Below, piece by piece: positions 30,329 through 39,175 of a stretch of 64,000 nt of DNA. Where the stretch lies: contig JBILLK010000013.1 in the NCBI GenBank assembly GCA_044376115.1, forward strand, positions 186,736 through 250,735. Direction: 5' to 3'. Position numbers and translations under genes: made by a program. Source of the stretch: Polyangiaceae bacterium (lineage in GTDB: Bacteria; Myxococcota_A; Polyangia; Polyangiales; Polyangiaceae). How positions within the stretch are numbered: the first letter of the stretch is position 1; every line of letters starts with the position of its first letter. A model generated the notes under the pieces. That model saw only the letters and a program-made list of their open reading frames with translations, was not told the origin of the DNA and searched no databases.

Positions 30329-31606
30329 TCAGCGCAACCGCAAGAAGGCGACGATTCCGCCGCCGATAGCGATCGCCAGCAAGACCGCGAGCCCGCCCCA
30401 AAGCGCCCACCGCGCAGACGACTTCGGTTTACGACGCATGGCGCTCAGCGCCGCTGCGGCAGCGGCATCCTGACGCATGGTGGCAGCGAGCGCCGCGGCG
30501 TGACTTTGTGGGATCGTCGCTGCCATCGGGCTGGCTTCCTGAACGATCGTGGCCGCGAGCCCGGACAGCGCCGGCGCGCTAGCGACGTTGGCTTGCACCT
30601 GCGGTTGCCCGCTCGAATGCGATGGTAGCGGGTGCGCCTTCGGTTGGGTCGCTGCCAGCGCTGCGACGAGCTGGGGGCTGGAGTCGTGCCGCAACATGAC
30701 CTGCGTACCGTGCAGCCCCGAGCCGGGATGCGCCGGTGGCGCGCTAGCGGGGCGCGGCAGCAGGCCCGTCGCAACGAGCGCCCGACGCATCTCTTCAGCC
30801 GACTTGTAACGGTCGGACAACTCCGGCGCGGTTGCTCGACGCAGCACCGACGTAAGCGACAGTGGAATCAGCGCGGAGCGGAACTCGGCTGGGCGACCGC
30901 TCAGCTTCTCAGTGCAGATCGCTAGCGCATCGCCCTGATAGACCGCCTCTTTCGTCAGCATCTCGGCCAGCACCAACCCCAACGCGAATAGGTCCGTTCC
31001 CGGCCCAGGGGCTGCCCCGCGAATCTGCTCCGGCGCCATGTACACGGGCGTTCCGACCATTGCACCCTGCGCAGTGAGCCGCTCCGCGGCGACCGCGGAT
31101 TTGGCGATGCCAAAGTCCACCAGCTTGACCAACCCCGCAGGCGCCGAACAAAGGAACACGTTGCCGGGCTTCACGTCGCGATGGACGATCTGTTGCTCGT
31201 GAGCTTCCTGGAGCGAGCCCAAGATGTCGATCGAGATGCCGAGCGCCTGCTCGAGAGCGACCGGGCCAACGCTCAATCTCTCCTCCAGCGAGCAGCCAAC
31301 CAGCAGCTCGAACACGATGAACGGCGTTCCGTCTCCGGCGTCGCCGGTGTCGAGGACGCGCACCGTGCTCGGATGCCGAAGGCCCATCACAAGCGCAGAT
31401 TCCCGCTCAAAACGGGTCCGCGCATCGCGCTGAGCCAGCGCCTCACGTGAGAGCAGCTTGATCGCAACCGCTTGGCCGCTAGCCAAGTGCCGGCCACGAA
31501 ACACCGAGCCAAAGCCACCTCGACCAAGCGCCGACTCAAGTAGGTAGCGGCCACCAATCATTCTACCCGCGGACCACGTCCCGGGCGCTGGACCTCGCAT
31601 CCCCAC
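30329..31606 (-). CDS. Ser/Thr protein kinase with C-terminal TM anchor
   Basis: GRGGFG, VAIK, HRDVKPGN, DFG, GTPVYMAPE; start uncertain. Confidence 0.9.
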   Translation of the reverse strand: MGMRGPAPGTWSAGRMIGGRYLLESALGRGGFGSVFRGRHLASGQAVAIKLLSREALAQRDARTRFERESALVMGLRHPSTVRVLDTGDAGDGTPFIVFELLVGCSLEERLSVGPVALEQALGISIDILGSLQEAHEQQIVHRDVKPGNVFLCSAPAGLVKLVDFGIAKSAVAAERLTAQGAMVGTPVYMAPEQIRGAAPGPGTDLFALGLVLAEMLTKEAVYQGDALAICTEKLSGRPAEFRSALIPLSLTSVLRRATAPELSDRYKSAEEMRRALVATGLLPRPASAPPAHPGSGLHGTQVMLRHDSSPQLVAALAATQPKAHPLPSHSSGQPQVQANVASAPALSGLAATIVQEASPMAATIPQSHAAALAATMRQDAAAAAALSAMRRKPKSSARWALWGGLAVLLAIAIGGGIVAFLRLR

Positions 31607-31612
31607 CCGCCC

Positions 31613-32326
31613 ATGCTAGCCCACATAGGGAGGATTGGTGCTAGGGTGCCTTCCTTGATCAAACATGCACCGATTCCGAAACGGAACTTGTCGGTGCTGC
31701 TCTTGGAAGACCACCCGCTTTTGATGCGCGGGGTAACCGCCATGCTCGATGCTGCGGGGCACTCGGTGAGCGCAAGCCGAACCTCGGTCGCGGCGGCGTT
31801 AGAGCCAGGCCCGGCGTATGACGTCGCGGTGGTGGACATCGAATTGCCTGGGGTCTCCGGGCTCGAGTTCGTTCGTGAAGCAACGAGCCGGGGCGGGGCT
31901 TGCGTGGTTTTCTCGGTGCACGGTGACGCCAACCACGTGCGCGAGGCCGTTCGCGCAGGAGCCTTGGGCTATGTGCGCAAGACCGCAACGCCCGAGATTT
32001 TGCTCGAAGCGGTGGAACGCGTAGCGGAGCACAAGTCGTACTTCTGCGACGAGGCGATGGCGGTCTTTCGCGATGAAGGAACGCCGCTCAAGACCCTCAG
32101 CGCCCGCGAACGGCAGGTGGTGCAATTGGTTTGCGAAGGCCTCACGACCAAGGAAGTCGCCGCGTTCTTGGGCCTCTCTCCTCGCACCGTTGAAACGCAT
32201 CGCGAGCGACTGATGATCAAGCTCGGCGTGCACAATGTGGTGCGGCTCACTCGCGTTGCGTCGGCCGCTGGCCTGCTGCGTCGTACGGGTTCACCCGGAC
32301 AACGGCTCCGTGGTTGGTCCGATTGA
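31613..32326 (+). CDS. NarL/LuxR family response regulator
   Basis: LLEDH, VVDIELP, GYVRK; HTH LSARERQVV...TVETHR; start uncertain. Confidence 0.9.
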   Translation: MLAHIGRIGARVPSLIKHAPIPKRNLSVLLLEDHPLLMRGVTAMLDAAGHSVSASRTSVAAALEPGPAYDVAVVDIELPGVSGLEFVREATSRGGACVVFSVHGDANHVREAVRAGALGYVRKTATPEILLEAVERVAEHKSYFCDEAMAVFRDEGTPLKTLSARERQVVQLVCEGLTTKEVAAFLGLSPRTVETHRERLMIKLGVHNVVRLTRVASAAGLLRRTGSPGQRLRGWSD

Positions 32327-33402
32327 TGCTCTCCCCTCTCTCTCGAGAGGATGGCGACATGATTGGATCCGCCAACAATGCCGAGGCCAGGCTGAAGCTG
32401 GCTGCCTTCGATACTGCCCGTCGGGCCCTGCTGGTGCTCGACCGCACGGGAAACATCGTCTTGTACAACAAGGCAGCCGAACGGCAGTTGGGCGCTGAGG
32501 CTGTGCAAGGCAACATCCTCACAACCTTGCCCGGGTTGCGCGCCGTCCTATCCGCTCGAGTTCCGGCAAAAATTGCCGGCACCGGCTCACACCTGGGGCA
32601 AATTGATACAAAGGCCGGGCCACGCGCATTTGAGTTGGCGGAGCTACCGCTCGACGATCAGACCTTCCTTCTTCTGCAGCTTTCAGCTGAGGAGCCATTG
32701 CTCAACGAGCTGCGGCCGTCCGAACTATCGACCTACCAACTTTCACACGACTTCAGCAACGCCATGACCGCCCTGCGGTACCACACGTCGTTCGTGAAGC
32801 AGGTATTGCCGGCCAACGACCCACTGGCAAGTGAGCTCGACATCGTCGATGAAGCAGCCTCCCAAGCCGTTGGCCTGGCTCGGCAACTGGTGCTCGCGCA
32901 GCGTGCACCAACGAGCCGCTGCGCTGCAGCGCTCAACGCTGGCATTCTCGAGGTGGTGCGTCTCCTGTCCCGCTCCGACAACAAGCGCACGCCGATCAAC
33001 GTCGATCTCGATAACACCGTGGGCGAGGTTCGGCTGCTGCCAGGTCAACTCCACCAGCTGCTGAGCAACCTCGTGCTGAACGCGCTGCAAGCCTGCAGTG
33101 GTGGCGGTGAGGTCGTGATTCGAACGCGTAGCATCATGGATCTCGATCCTCCACGCTTTGAGTTACGCGTCGAAGACCAAGGGCACGGCATCGCACCCGA
33201 AGTTCGGGACCAAATCTTCGAGCCTTTCTTCACCACGCGCGCGGTCAAACAAGCCGTACACGGGCTGGGGCTCTCGATTGTACGGTCGATGGTCGAACAG
33301 GCCGATGGCTGCATGAGCATCGAGTCCCGAAAGCACGAAGGCACCACAGTGCGAGTGCTGCTACCCACCGCCGCGCCGCGCAATAGCGGCGGGCCAAACT
33401 AG
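32314..33402 (+). CDS. PAS-domain sensor histidine kinase
   Basis: PAS-like VLDRTGNIVLYNKAAE, H-box SHDFSN, NLVLNA, DQGHGI, FEPFFTT, GLGL. Confidence 0.85.
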   Translation: MVRLMLSPLSREDGDMIGSANNAEARLKLAAFDTARRALLVLDRTGNIVLYNKAAERQLGAEAVQGNILTTLPGLRAVLSARVPAKIAGTGSHLGQIDTKAGPRAFELAELPLDDQTFLLLQLSAEEPLLNELRPSELSTYQLSHDFSNAMTALRYHTSFVKQVLPANDPLASELDIVDEAASQAVGLARQLVLAQRAPTSRCAAALNAGILEVVRLLSRSDNKRTPINVDLDNTVGEVRLLPGQLHQLLSNLVLNALQACSGGGEVVIRTRSIMDLDPPRFELRVEDQGHGIAPEVRDQIFEPFFTTRAVKQAVHGLGLSIVRSMVEQADGCMSIESRKHEGTTVRVLLPTAAPRNSGGPN

Positions 33403-33487
33403 AGCGGCCTTCGCTTGCCCGCCTCAAACTCGGCCACGCAGGCTGTGCCACGAGCGCGCTGGTGAACCGACCTCGCCGCTCGAACCT

Positions 33488-33528
33488 TGAAACAACCTGA
33501 AACATTGCGAAACACAGCTAGCTAGTAT
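33488..33528 (+). promoter_or_regulatory. Three phased direct repeats (T/C)GAAACA, 10-bp period, followed by TAGTAT -10-like box
   Basis: tgaaaca 33488, tgaaaca 33498, cgaaaca 33508; tagtat 33523-33528. Confidence 0.45.
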
Positions 33529-33553
33529 CGTTCCACCGCAGCGTCGCAACGAC

Positions 33554-33586
33554 AGAAGGAGCGGGCCGAGGCAGCGCTCCTTCTTT
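33554..33586 (+). terminator. Intrinsic terminator-like hairpin between convergent genes
   Basis: 10-bp perfect stem agaaggagcg/cgctccttct followed by TT. Confidence 0.6.
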
Positions 33587-33610
33587 ACCGGGCATTCAAT
33601 GGGCCGAACC

Positions 33611-34003
33611 TCACTCGAGTTTGGCAAGCACGAGACCCAGCTTTTCTTTCACCTTCGCCGCGAGCTCCACGAGCGCTGGCTCGCCAACGGCGGCCATGGT
33701 CAGCGTTGGATCAATGGCCAACACCGTGGCCTTCTCGAGGTCGTTCTCATAAACGACCACGTTACACGGCAACATCAACCCGACCTCGAGCACACTGCTG
33801 AGCGCCTCGTAAGCGAGCGGCGGGTTACAGGCGCCCAGAATCTTGTAGCGGCGAAAATCCACGCCCAACTTGGCTTTGAGCGTGCTCTGGATGTCGATCT
33901 CGGTAAGCACGCCGAAACCCTCGGACTTGAGCGCCTCGGGCACGCGTTTCAGCGCGTCGTCAAAGCTACAGTTGAGTTCCTTTTTGAGGCTAAAGGCAGT
34001 CAT
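33611..34003 (-). CDS. DUF302 domain protein
   Basis: EGFGVLTEID, YKILGACNP, GLMLPCNVVVYE. Confidence 0.9.
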   Translation of the reverse strand: MTAFSLKKELNCSFDDALKRVPEALKSEGFGVLTEIDIQSTLKAKLGVDFRRYKILGACNPPLAYEALSSVLEVGLMLPCNVVVYENDLEKATVLAIDPTLTMAAVGEPALVELAAKVKEKLGLVLAKLE

Positions 34004-34191
34004 CAGGCATCTTCTTTCGATGAGATCATTCGGTTTGCTGCATCCGCCTTCGGCGGATTGTCAGAAGCGTTCGGGCGCGCCGACCGGCGCGGGCTGGGCA
34101 CCGCTCAGGTGGCCACACCCAGCTTGGGCAATACCCACGTCTGAAGGACGACCCAGAACGCGATGAATCCCACAATTCCTAGCCAATCCAT
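34003..34191 (-). CDS. Small membrane protein with in-frame UGA at codon 29; candidate selenoprotein (62 aa with Sec, 28 aa without)
   Basis: MDWLGIVGFIAFWVVLQTWVLPKLGVAT-UGA-AVPSPRR...KEDA; SECIS-like hairpin after UGA; terminal stop overlaps DUF302 ATG (TGATG). Confidence 0.65.
34067..34107 (-). promoter_or_regulatory. Candidate bacterial SECIS element
   Basis: UGA, 13 nt, stem CGCGCC / loop GGUC / GGCGCG; same loop core and near-identical spacing as E. coli fdhF SECIS. Confidence 0.6.
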
Positions 34192-34193
34192 GG

Positions 34194-34382
34194 CTACTTT
34201 CCCCGCAAACTATCGAGCCAGGACTTCTTGGCCGGAGCTTGTTGCGCACCAGCTTTGGCGGCCTGCTCGCGACATTGGCAGCGCTCGGCCCGCGGCACAC
34301 TGCCCAGGACTTGCTCGACGTGCATGCCACAACCGGCGTAGCTGGGCCGACCACACTTGGAACATTGAACTCGACTACACAT
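34194..34382 (-). CDS. Cys/His-rich micro-protein (62 aa), putative metal binding
   Basis: MCSRVQCSKCGRPSYAGCGMHVEQVL...RCQC; AAGGAG RBS upstream. Confidence 0.75.
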   Translation of the reverse strand: MCSRVQCSKCGRPSYAGCGMHVEQVLGSVPRAERCQCREQAAKAGAQQAPAKKSWLDSLRGK

Positions 34383-34427
34383 TGCAGGGCTCCTTGCTCG
34401 GGCGTGTTTCACGCCGCTGTCCTTGAG

Positions 34428-34452
34428 AGTCGGGTAATGCACAAAGGATTCC
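34428..34452 (-). promoter_or_regulatory. ECF sigma-type promoter candidate GGAAT-N15-CGACT
   Basis: About 45 nt upstream of the micro-protein start, in an AT-richer patch. Confidence 0.35.
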
Positions 34453-34507
34453 AACAAAGCGCAGCGACCAGCCGCGCTGCCCTGTAGTCTGCGTGGCTAA
34501 GAGGGCC

Positions 34508-36769
34508 ATGAAACGTTCGCGTTCGTTCATCGCAGGGTTGCTCGTCAGCTTGGCCGGATCCGCCTGCAACGACGAAGTCGTTCAGCCGGTACCGCCGCTC
34601 GACCAAGACCTCTACTCCTTCGCCAACGGCTGCTTTTCGGTGGCAGCGTCTGCCCCTAGCGGTGGCAGCCCACGCTGGCTCGCTCCGACGCAAACCCGGC
34701 TTGAGTTTGCCGTCACCGGAGCCGAGCCGACGAAAGGCTCGCGCTTCTTCATGAAGGCCGCGGATCTCGGCACCTACTTGCTGTACGACGAAGAGCGCCA
34801 TTACCTGGTCGCGGAGGAGGGTCGGCTGTTGCGGCAGCCGAAGCTGCAGTCGGACATCCTGTTGCTCGACGACACGTACGTCTCGGGCGCTGAGTGGGAG
34901 CTGATCGCGCTCGAGGAGGAGTCGCGGTTTCAACTGCGCAGCATCCGCAGCGGGCAGTACCTCACCGCGCTTGGCGGGCTCGGAGCCGAGGAAGAAGCGG
35001 CCGTTGTGACCTTTCATCCGCAGACCGGGTGCGCCGAGCATCCGGAGCTCACGCTCGATGCCGAGGGCGAGGTCGCACGCACCACCTTCGATGACGGGGC
35101 CGTCTTCGGCATCGTCGATGCGCACTCACACATATTCACCAACTTCGGCTTCGGTGGCGGCGGGATCTTCCACGGCGCGCCCTTTCACCGCTTGGGCGTC
35201 GAGCACGCCCTGCCCGATTGCACGCAGTTCCACGGCATTGAAGGGCGCAAAGATCTGCTTGGCTTCGCCTTCGACAAGGGCACCGAGGGCAACCTCAACA
35301 TCGACGTGCTCTTGCCCTCGCTCTTGCTCGGAACGCTCAGTGAGTTCAGCCATAACACCGAGGGCTACCCGAAGTTCACCGACTGGCCGAACGCGCCCTT
35401 CAGCTCGACGCACCAAACGCAATATTACCGTTGGCTCGAGCGCGCCTACCGCGGTGGCCTGCGCCTCGTGGTGCAACACGCAACCACCAACTCGGCGATG
35501 TGCGAGCTGATCAGCGGCCAGGACATTCAGCCCGTTCGCTACAGCTGCAACGACATGGTCACGGTCGATCGCAGTATCGAAGAGGCGTACAACCTCGAGC
35601 GCTACATCGACGCGCAGTTCGGCGGCGAGGGGCGCGGCTGGTTTCGCGTCGTAAAGACCCCAGCCGAAGCGCGCGCGGTCATCAGCGAAGGCAAGCTGGC
35701 GGTGATCCTAGGCATCGAGGTGTCCAACTTGTTCGACTGCTTCTTGGTGCAACCGGAGGGTATGCCCACCTGCGATGAGAACTTCCTGCTCGAGCAGCTG
35801 AACCGCTATCACGAGCTCGGAATCCGCGTGGTTTTCCCCACGCACAAGTATGACAACGGCTTCTCCGCCGGAGATGGGCACCGCACCATCAGCGAGATCG
35901 GCAACTTCGCCAACAGCGGTCATTGGTCGAGCTTCACGCTGGATTGTCCGCAAGGCGTGGCCAGCGCGTTCGACAAGGGCGACGTGACCTTCGGCGGCCT
36001 CAACCAGCCGCGCGAAGAGTTCATGGGGCCGCCTCCCAATGACATGAGCGGCTTCGCCGAAGCGCCGGTGAACACCTTGATTCCCTTCCTCGAGCAGCTG
36101 CAGGCGCCGCCGCTCGTCGGCGAATACTGTCAGAGCCACGGCCTCACACCGCTCGGTGAGACGTTGATCAACGAGCTGATGAAGCGCGGGATGATCGTCG
36201 AGATCGATCACTTGCCGCAGTGGTCCTATCAGCGCGCCTTCGATCTACTCGAGGCCAACGGCTACCCGGCAGCCGCCACCCACGGCACCGAATACAGCGG
36301 CAAAATCTACGAAAACGGCGGCATCTCGAAGATGAACTTCTCACGCTGCCCCGATCCTGAGCGGCCCGGCTCAATGATCGATTCGCTGCGCGAGCGCACC
36401 GCCCGCATGGCCGAAGCGGGCGGCTACCCCGCCCCCGGCTTCGGCTTCGACCTCAACGGCTTCGCCGGCGCGGCAGACCCACGCTTTGGCGAAAAATCCC
36501 CGTGTTCGACGCCGCAAAAAGATCCGGTCAGTTATCCGTTCACCTCCTATGGCGGCGACGTCACCTTCACCGAGCCGCGCATCGGTGAGCGCCAACTCGA
36601 CTTCAACACCGAGGGCCTCGTACACGTCGGGCTACTACCCGAGCTGATCGAGGATGCGCGCAGAACCGGCGCGACCGATGAGGACCTCGAGCCCTTGTTC
36701 CGCTCGGCGGAGGGCTACTTGCGTATGTGGGAACGCGCTGAAGCTCGCTCGCTCACAATGAACGATTGA
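34508..36769 (+). CDS. Lipoprotein, amidohydrolase of membrane dipeptidase (M19)-like family
   Basis: GSAC lipobox, DAHSH, YYRWLERAYRGGLR, GIE, THKYDN, GLTPLG, IDH, GFDLNG. Confidence 0.75.
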   Translation: MKRSRSFIAGLLVSLAGSACNDEVVQPVPPLDQDLYSFANGCFSVAASAPSGGSPRWLAPTQTRLEFAVTGAEPTKGSRFFMKAADLGTYLLYDEERHYLVAEEGRLLRQPKLQSDILLLDDTYVSGAEWELIALEEESRFQLRSIRSGQYLTALGGLGAEEEAAVVTFHPQTGCAEHPELTLDAEGEVARTTFDDGAVFGIVDAHSHIFTNFGFGGGGIFHGAPFHRLGVEHALPDCTQFHGIEGRKDLLGFAFDKGTEGNLNIDVLLPSLLLGTLSEFSHNTEGYPKFTDWPNAPFSSTHQTQYYRWLERAYRGGLRLVVQHATTNSAMCELISGQDIQPVRYSCNDMVTVDRSIEEAYNLERYIDAQFGGEGRGWFRVVKTPAEARAVISEGKLAVILGIEVSNLFDCFLVQPEGMPTCDENFLLEQLNRYHELGIRVVFPTHKYDNGFSAGDGHRTISEIGNFANSGHWSSFTLDCPQGVASAFDKGDVTFGGLNQPREEFMGPPPNDMSGFAEAPVNTLIPFLEQLQAPPLVGEYCQSHGLTPLGETLINELMKRGMIVEIDHLPQWSYQRAFDLLEANGYPAAATHGTEYSGKIYENGGISKMNFSRCPDPERPGSMIDSLRERTARMAEAGGYPAPGFGFDLNGFAGAADPRFGEKSPCSTPQKDPVSYPFTSYGGDVTFTEPRIGERQLDFNTEGLVHVGLLPELIEDARRTGATDEDLEPLFRSAEGYLRMWERAEARSLTMND

Positions 36770-36774
36770 GCACG

Positions 36775-37320
36775 TCACTTCGACGGACAAGAGCCCAGAC
36801 TTGGACGCGGCTCGATCGCTTCGTAGCTGGGCTTCTTCACAACGACGAGCTCGGGCGTAGTTGCGCTTGGGGTTCCTTTGGGCCCGGATGAAACTCCATC
36901 GAGCACAGCCACCAGTTGGTCGAGGCTAGGACCGGGCGTAGCGGCATAGCCCGCGAGCTTCAGGATGCGGGCGAACTCGTCAGCGCGACCACGCGGCGCA
37001 AAGTGAAAGACGCCGCTCGGGCCACCCTGCACGCTGAAGGTTCCATCGTGGTTCGAGCCGGCTACAGCCTCTGCAGGGAACTCGATCAGCAGCTCCTGCG
37101 CACCGGCTCGTAGCGGACAGACGAGCAACGTGGAGGCTGCACGACGAGCCACGTACGAGGGCGTGAAGGGCTCGCTACGAAAGGTGCCCTCGGCGAAGGC
37201 GATCAGCCGCAGCTGCTGGGTCGGAGAATCATAGACCGCGTGCGAACGAAACGAACGTTCGCCTCCACAAGCGACCAGCGCGAGCACGAGCGCGAGCGGC
37301 ACGCGACGCCAGATCGCCAC
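36775..37320 (-). CDS. Hypothetical lipoprotein
   Basis: LVAC lipobox; directly follows lgt. Confidence 0.6.
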   Translation of the reverse strand: MAIWRRVPLALVLALVACGGERSFRSHAVYDSPTQQLRLIAFAEGTFRSEPFTPSYVARRAASTLLVCPLRAGAQELLIEFPAEAVAGSNHDGTFSVQGGPSGVFHFAPRGRADEFARILKLAGYAATPGPSLDQLVAVLDGVSSGPKGTPSATTPELVVVKKPSYEAIEPRPSLGSCPSK

Positions 37321-37321
37321 C

Positions 37322-38287
37322 TCAGCCCTCAGCAGGCTGCGGCGAAAGCTCTACCACGCTGCGTTTGCGCCACACGTGGAGTGCGATCGCCAGCGCCGAG
37401 AGCCCGAGGCCGATCAACTGCGAGGTGGAGAGCCCGGCCGCTGCACCGCGATCGTCGGCGCGCAAAAACTCGAGCGAGAAGCGCAGCAGCGCATACAGGC
37501 CGAGGAAGGTGAAGAAGACCTGACCGTCATAGCGCTTGCGGCCGTGAACGTAGAAAAGGCAGACGGCCGCCACCAGCAGCGAGCCGACGCTCTCGTAAAT
37601 CTGCGTCGCGTGCACCGGCAAGGACGGCATCCGCGAGCTGGCGATCAAGCCGAGTTTGGCCTGCGCCAGCGAAGCCGGGCTGCGGCCTGGAAAGCTGAGC
37701 GCCCAGCTACCGTCGGTCGGGCTACCGAAGCAGCAGCCTGCGAGCAGACAGCCCATCCGACCAAAGCCGAGCCCGATCGGGATCGCGAAGCCGGCCATGT
37801 CAGCGGCCTTCCAAAAGGGGAACTTGTCGCGCTTGAGCAAGAACCACGCGCCGATCGAAGCGACGATCAGACCGCCGTAATAGGCGTAGCCGGGGTTCCA
37901 AAACTTCAACCACGCGAAGCAGTCCGACTCGGTCGGGTGGCAGATGCCACGCGCTGCATCCCACGCTCGTGGAGGCGGCGCGAACCACCCGGAGGTGTCT
38001 TGGTTGATGCAGATGTTGCGATCGAGCTTGAAGTCGACCTGGGTGGGCGCGACGCACAGGTTCACGTAGTCAGTCAGGTAGCCGTCGGCGAGCACGTGCA
38101 ACAGCTTGCCGCCGATGATACCGAACAAAAGCGAGGCCAAACCGAGATCGACGACCACGTCGGGGTCTTGGCCAATGCGGCGCGCCCAGGCGGTGCCTGC
38201 CGCTGTTGCGAACAGGAAGCCAACCAGCAGAAAGACGAAGTACGCCGAAGCGGGGAAGTCGGCGATCCGAAACAGGACGTCTTTCAT
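37322..38287 (-). CDS. lgt: Prolipoprotein diacylglyceryl transferase
   Basis: YYGG, AD, GRMGCLLAGCCFG, HATQIYE, RFSLEFLR.D, SQ. Confidence 0.9.
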   Translation of the reverse strand: MKDVLFRIADFPASAYFVFLLVGFLFATAAGTAWARRIGQDPDVVVDLGLASLLFGIIGGKLLHVLADGYLTDYVNLCVAPTQVDFKLDRNICINQDTSGWFAPPPRAWDAARGICHPTESDCFAWLKFWNPGYAYYGGLIVASIGAWFLLKRDKFPFWKAADMAGFAIPIGLGFGRMGCLLAGCCFGSPTDGSWALSFPGRSPASLAQAKLGLIASSRMPSLPVHATQIYESVGSLLVAAVCLFYVHGRKRYDGQVFFTFLGLYALLRFSLEFLRADDRGAAAGLSTSQLIGLGLSALAIALHVWRKRSVVELSPQPAEG

Positions 38288-38310
38288 CGCCGCTTCCTTG
38301 CTACCGCTGC

Positions 38311-39096
38311 CTAAGCCTGCGCTTTTTCAGCGTCTTCGGACTTGGAACCGCCCTCAGGCTTGTCATCGTCCTCGACCACCTTCACCCGCCGAACCACGCG
38401 GCGCACCGCAGGCTTGGGCGTGAGGCCGTCGATCGCCATCAAGATTACGCCGGCGACGATCCAGATGTCGGCCACGTTGTAGGTCGGCCAGTGACGAGCC
38501 TGACCGTCGGTGATGATGAAACAGTCGATGAAGTCGATCACGTGTTGGTGACGCACGCGGTCCACCAGGTTGCCGATGGCCCCACCGAGCACGATGGGGA
38601 GCGCCCACTTGAGCGCGTTTTGGCCGGGCTCGAGCTGGCGGTACATGCGCACGATGAACCAAACCGCGAAGGCGCTGATGGCGAAGAAGAACGGCAAGCG
38701 AATGCTGTCCGGCTGATCGCCCAAGAAGCCCCAGGCACCACCCTTGTTGGTGGCGAGGTCAAAGTGCACGTAGTTCTCGATCACGACGATCTTGGCGCCC
38801 GGCTCCTTCAGCCGCGTGGCCGCCCACTCTTTGGTGCCCAGATCGAGCGCGGCGGCGATCAATGCTGTCACCGCTAGGAAGACGAGGCTTTGCTTCGGCT
38901 TCGGGGCCTCCGGCGTGGGCGCCGGATCCGAGCTCGGCTCAGCTTCCTCGAGCGCCGTCCTCGCCGAACGCCTACGCGAACCGCGGCGCGGCTCAGGTGA
39001 CGCGGACTCTTGTTCGCCCGACTCTTCCGATTCGGCGCCGCCCTCATCGGCGTCACCCGAAGGCGCGTCGGCTCGCTGCTTCTCCTCGTCACTCAT
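38311..39096 (-). CDS. lspA: Signal peptidase II with acidic N-terminal extension
   Basis: DLGTK, NKGGAWG, GGAIGNLVDR, VIDFI, PTYNVAD. Confidence 0.92.
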   Translation of the reverse strand: MSDEEKQRADAPSGDADEGGAESEESGEQESASPEPRRGSRRRSARTALEEAEPSSDPAPTPEAPKPKQSLVFLAVTALIAAALDLGTKEWAATRLKEPGAKIVVIENYVHFDLATNKGGAWGFLGDQPDSIRLPFFFAISAFAVWFIVRMYRQLEPGQNALKWALPIVLGGAIGNLVDRVRHQHVIDFIDCFIITDGQARHWPTYNVADIWIVAGVILMAIDGLTPKPAVRRVVRRVKVVEDDDKPEGGSKSEDAEKAQA

Positions 39097-39175
39097 CCGC
39101 TGCGGTTTACCGCGCCTCGCCGCCGCGGGCAATGCTGGCGCAGCGAGAGCGTCTCGACGCCCTCCCCTCGCCCCG

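Noticed and set aside
34061..34354. 97-aa minus-strand ORF covering the micro-operon
   Set aside because: Off-frame to the Cys-rich gene, which has the RBS; composition unconvincing compared with the TM peptide frame.
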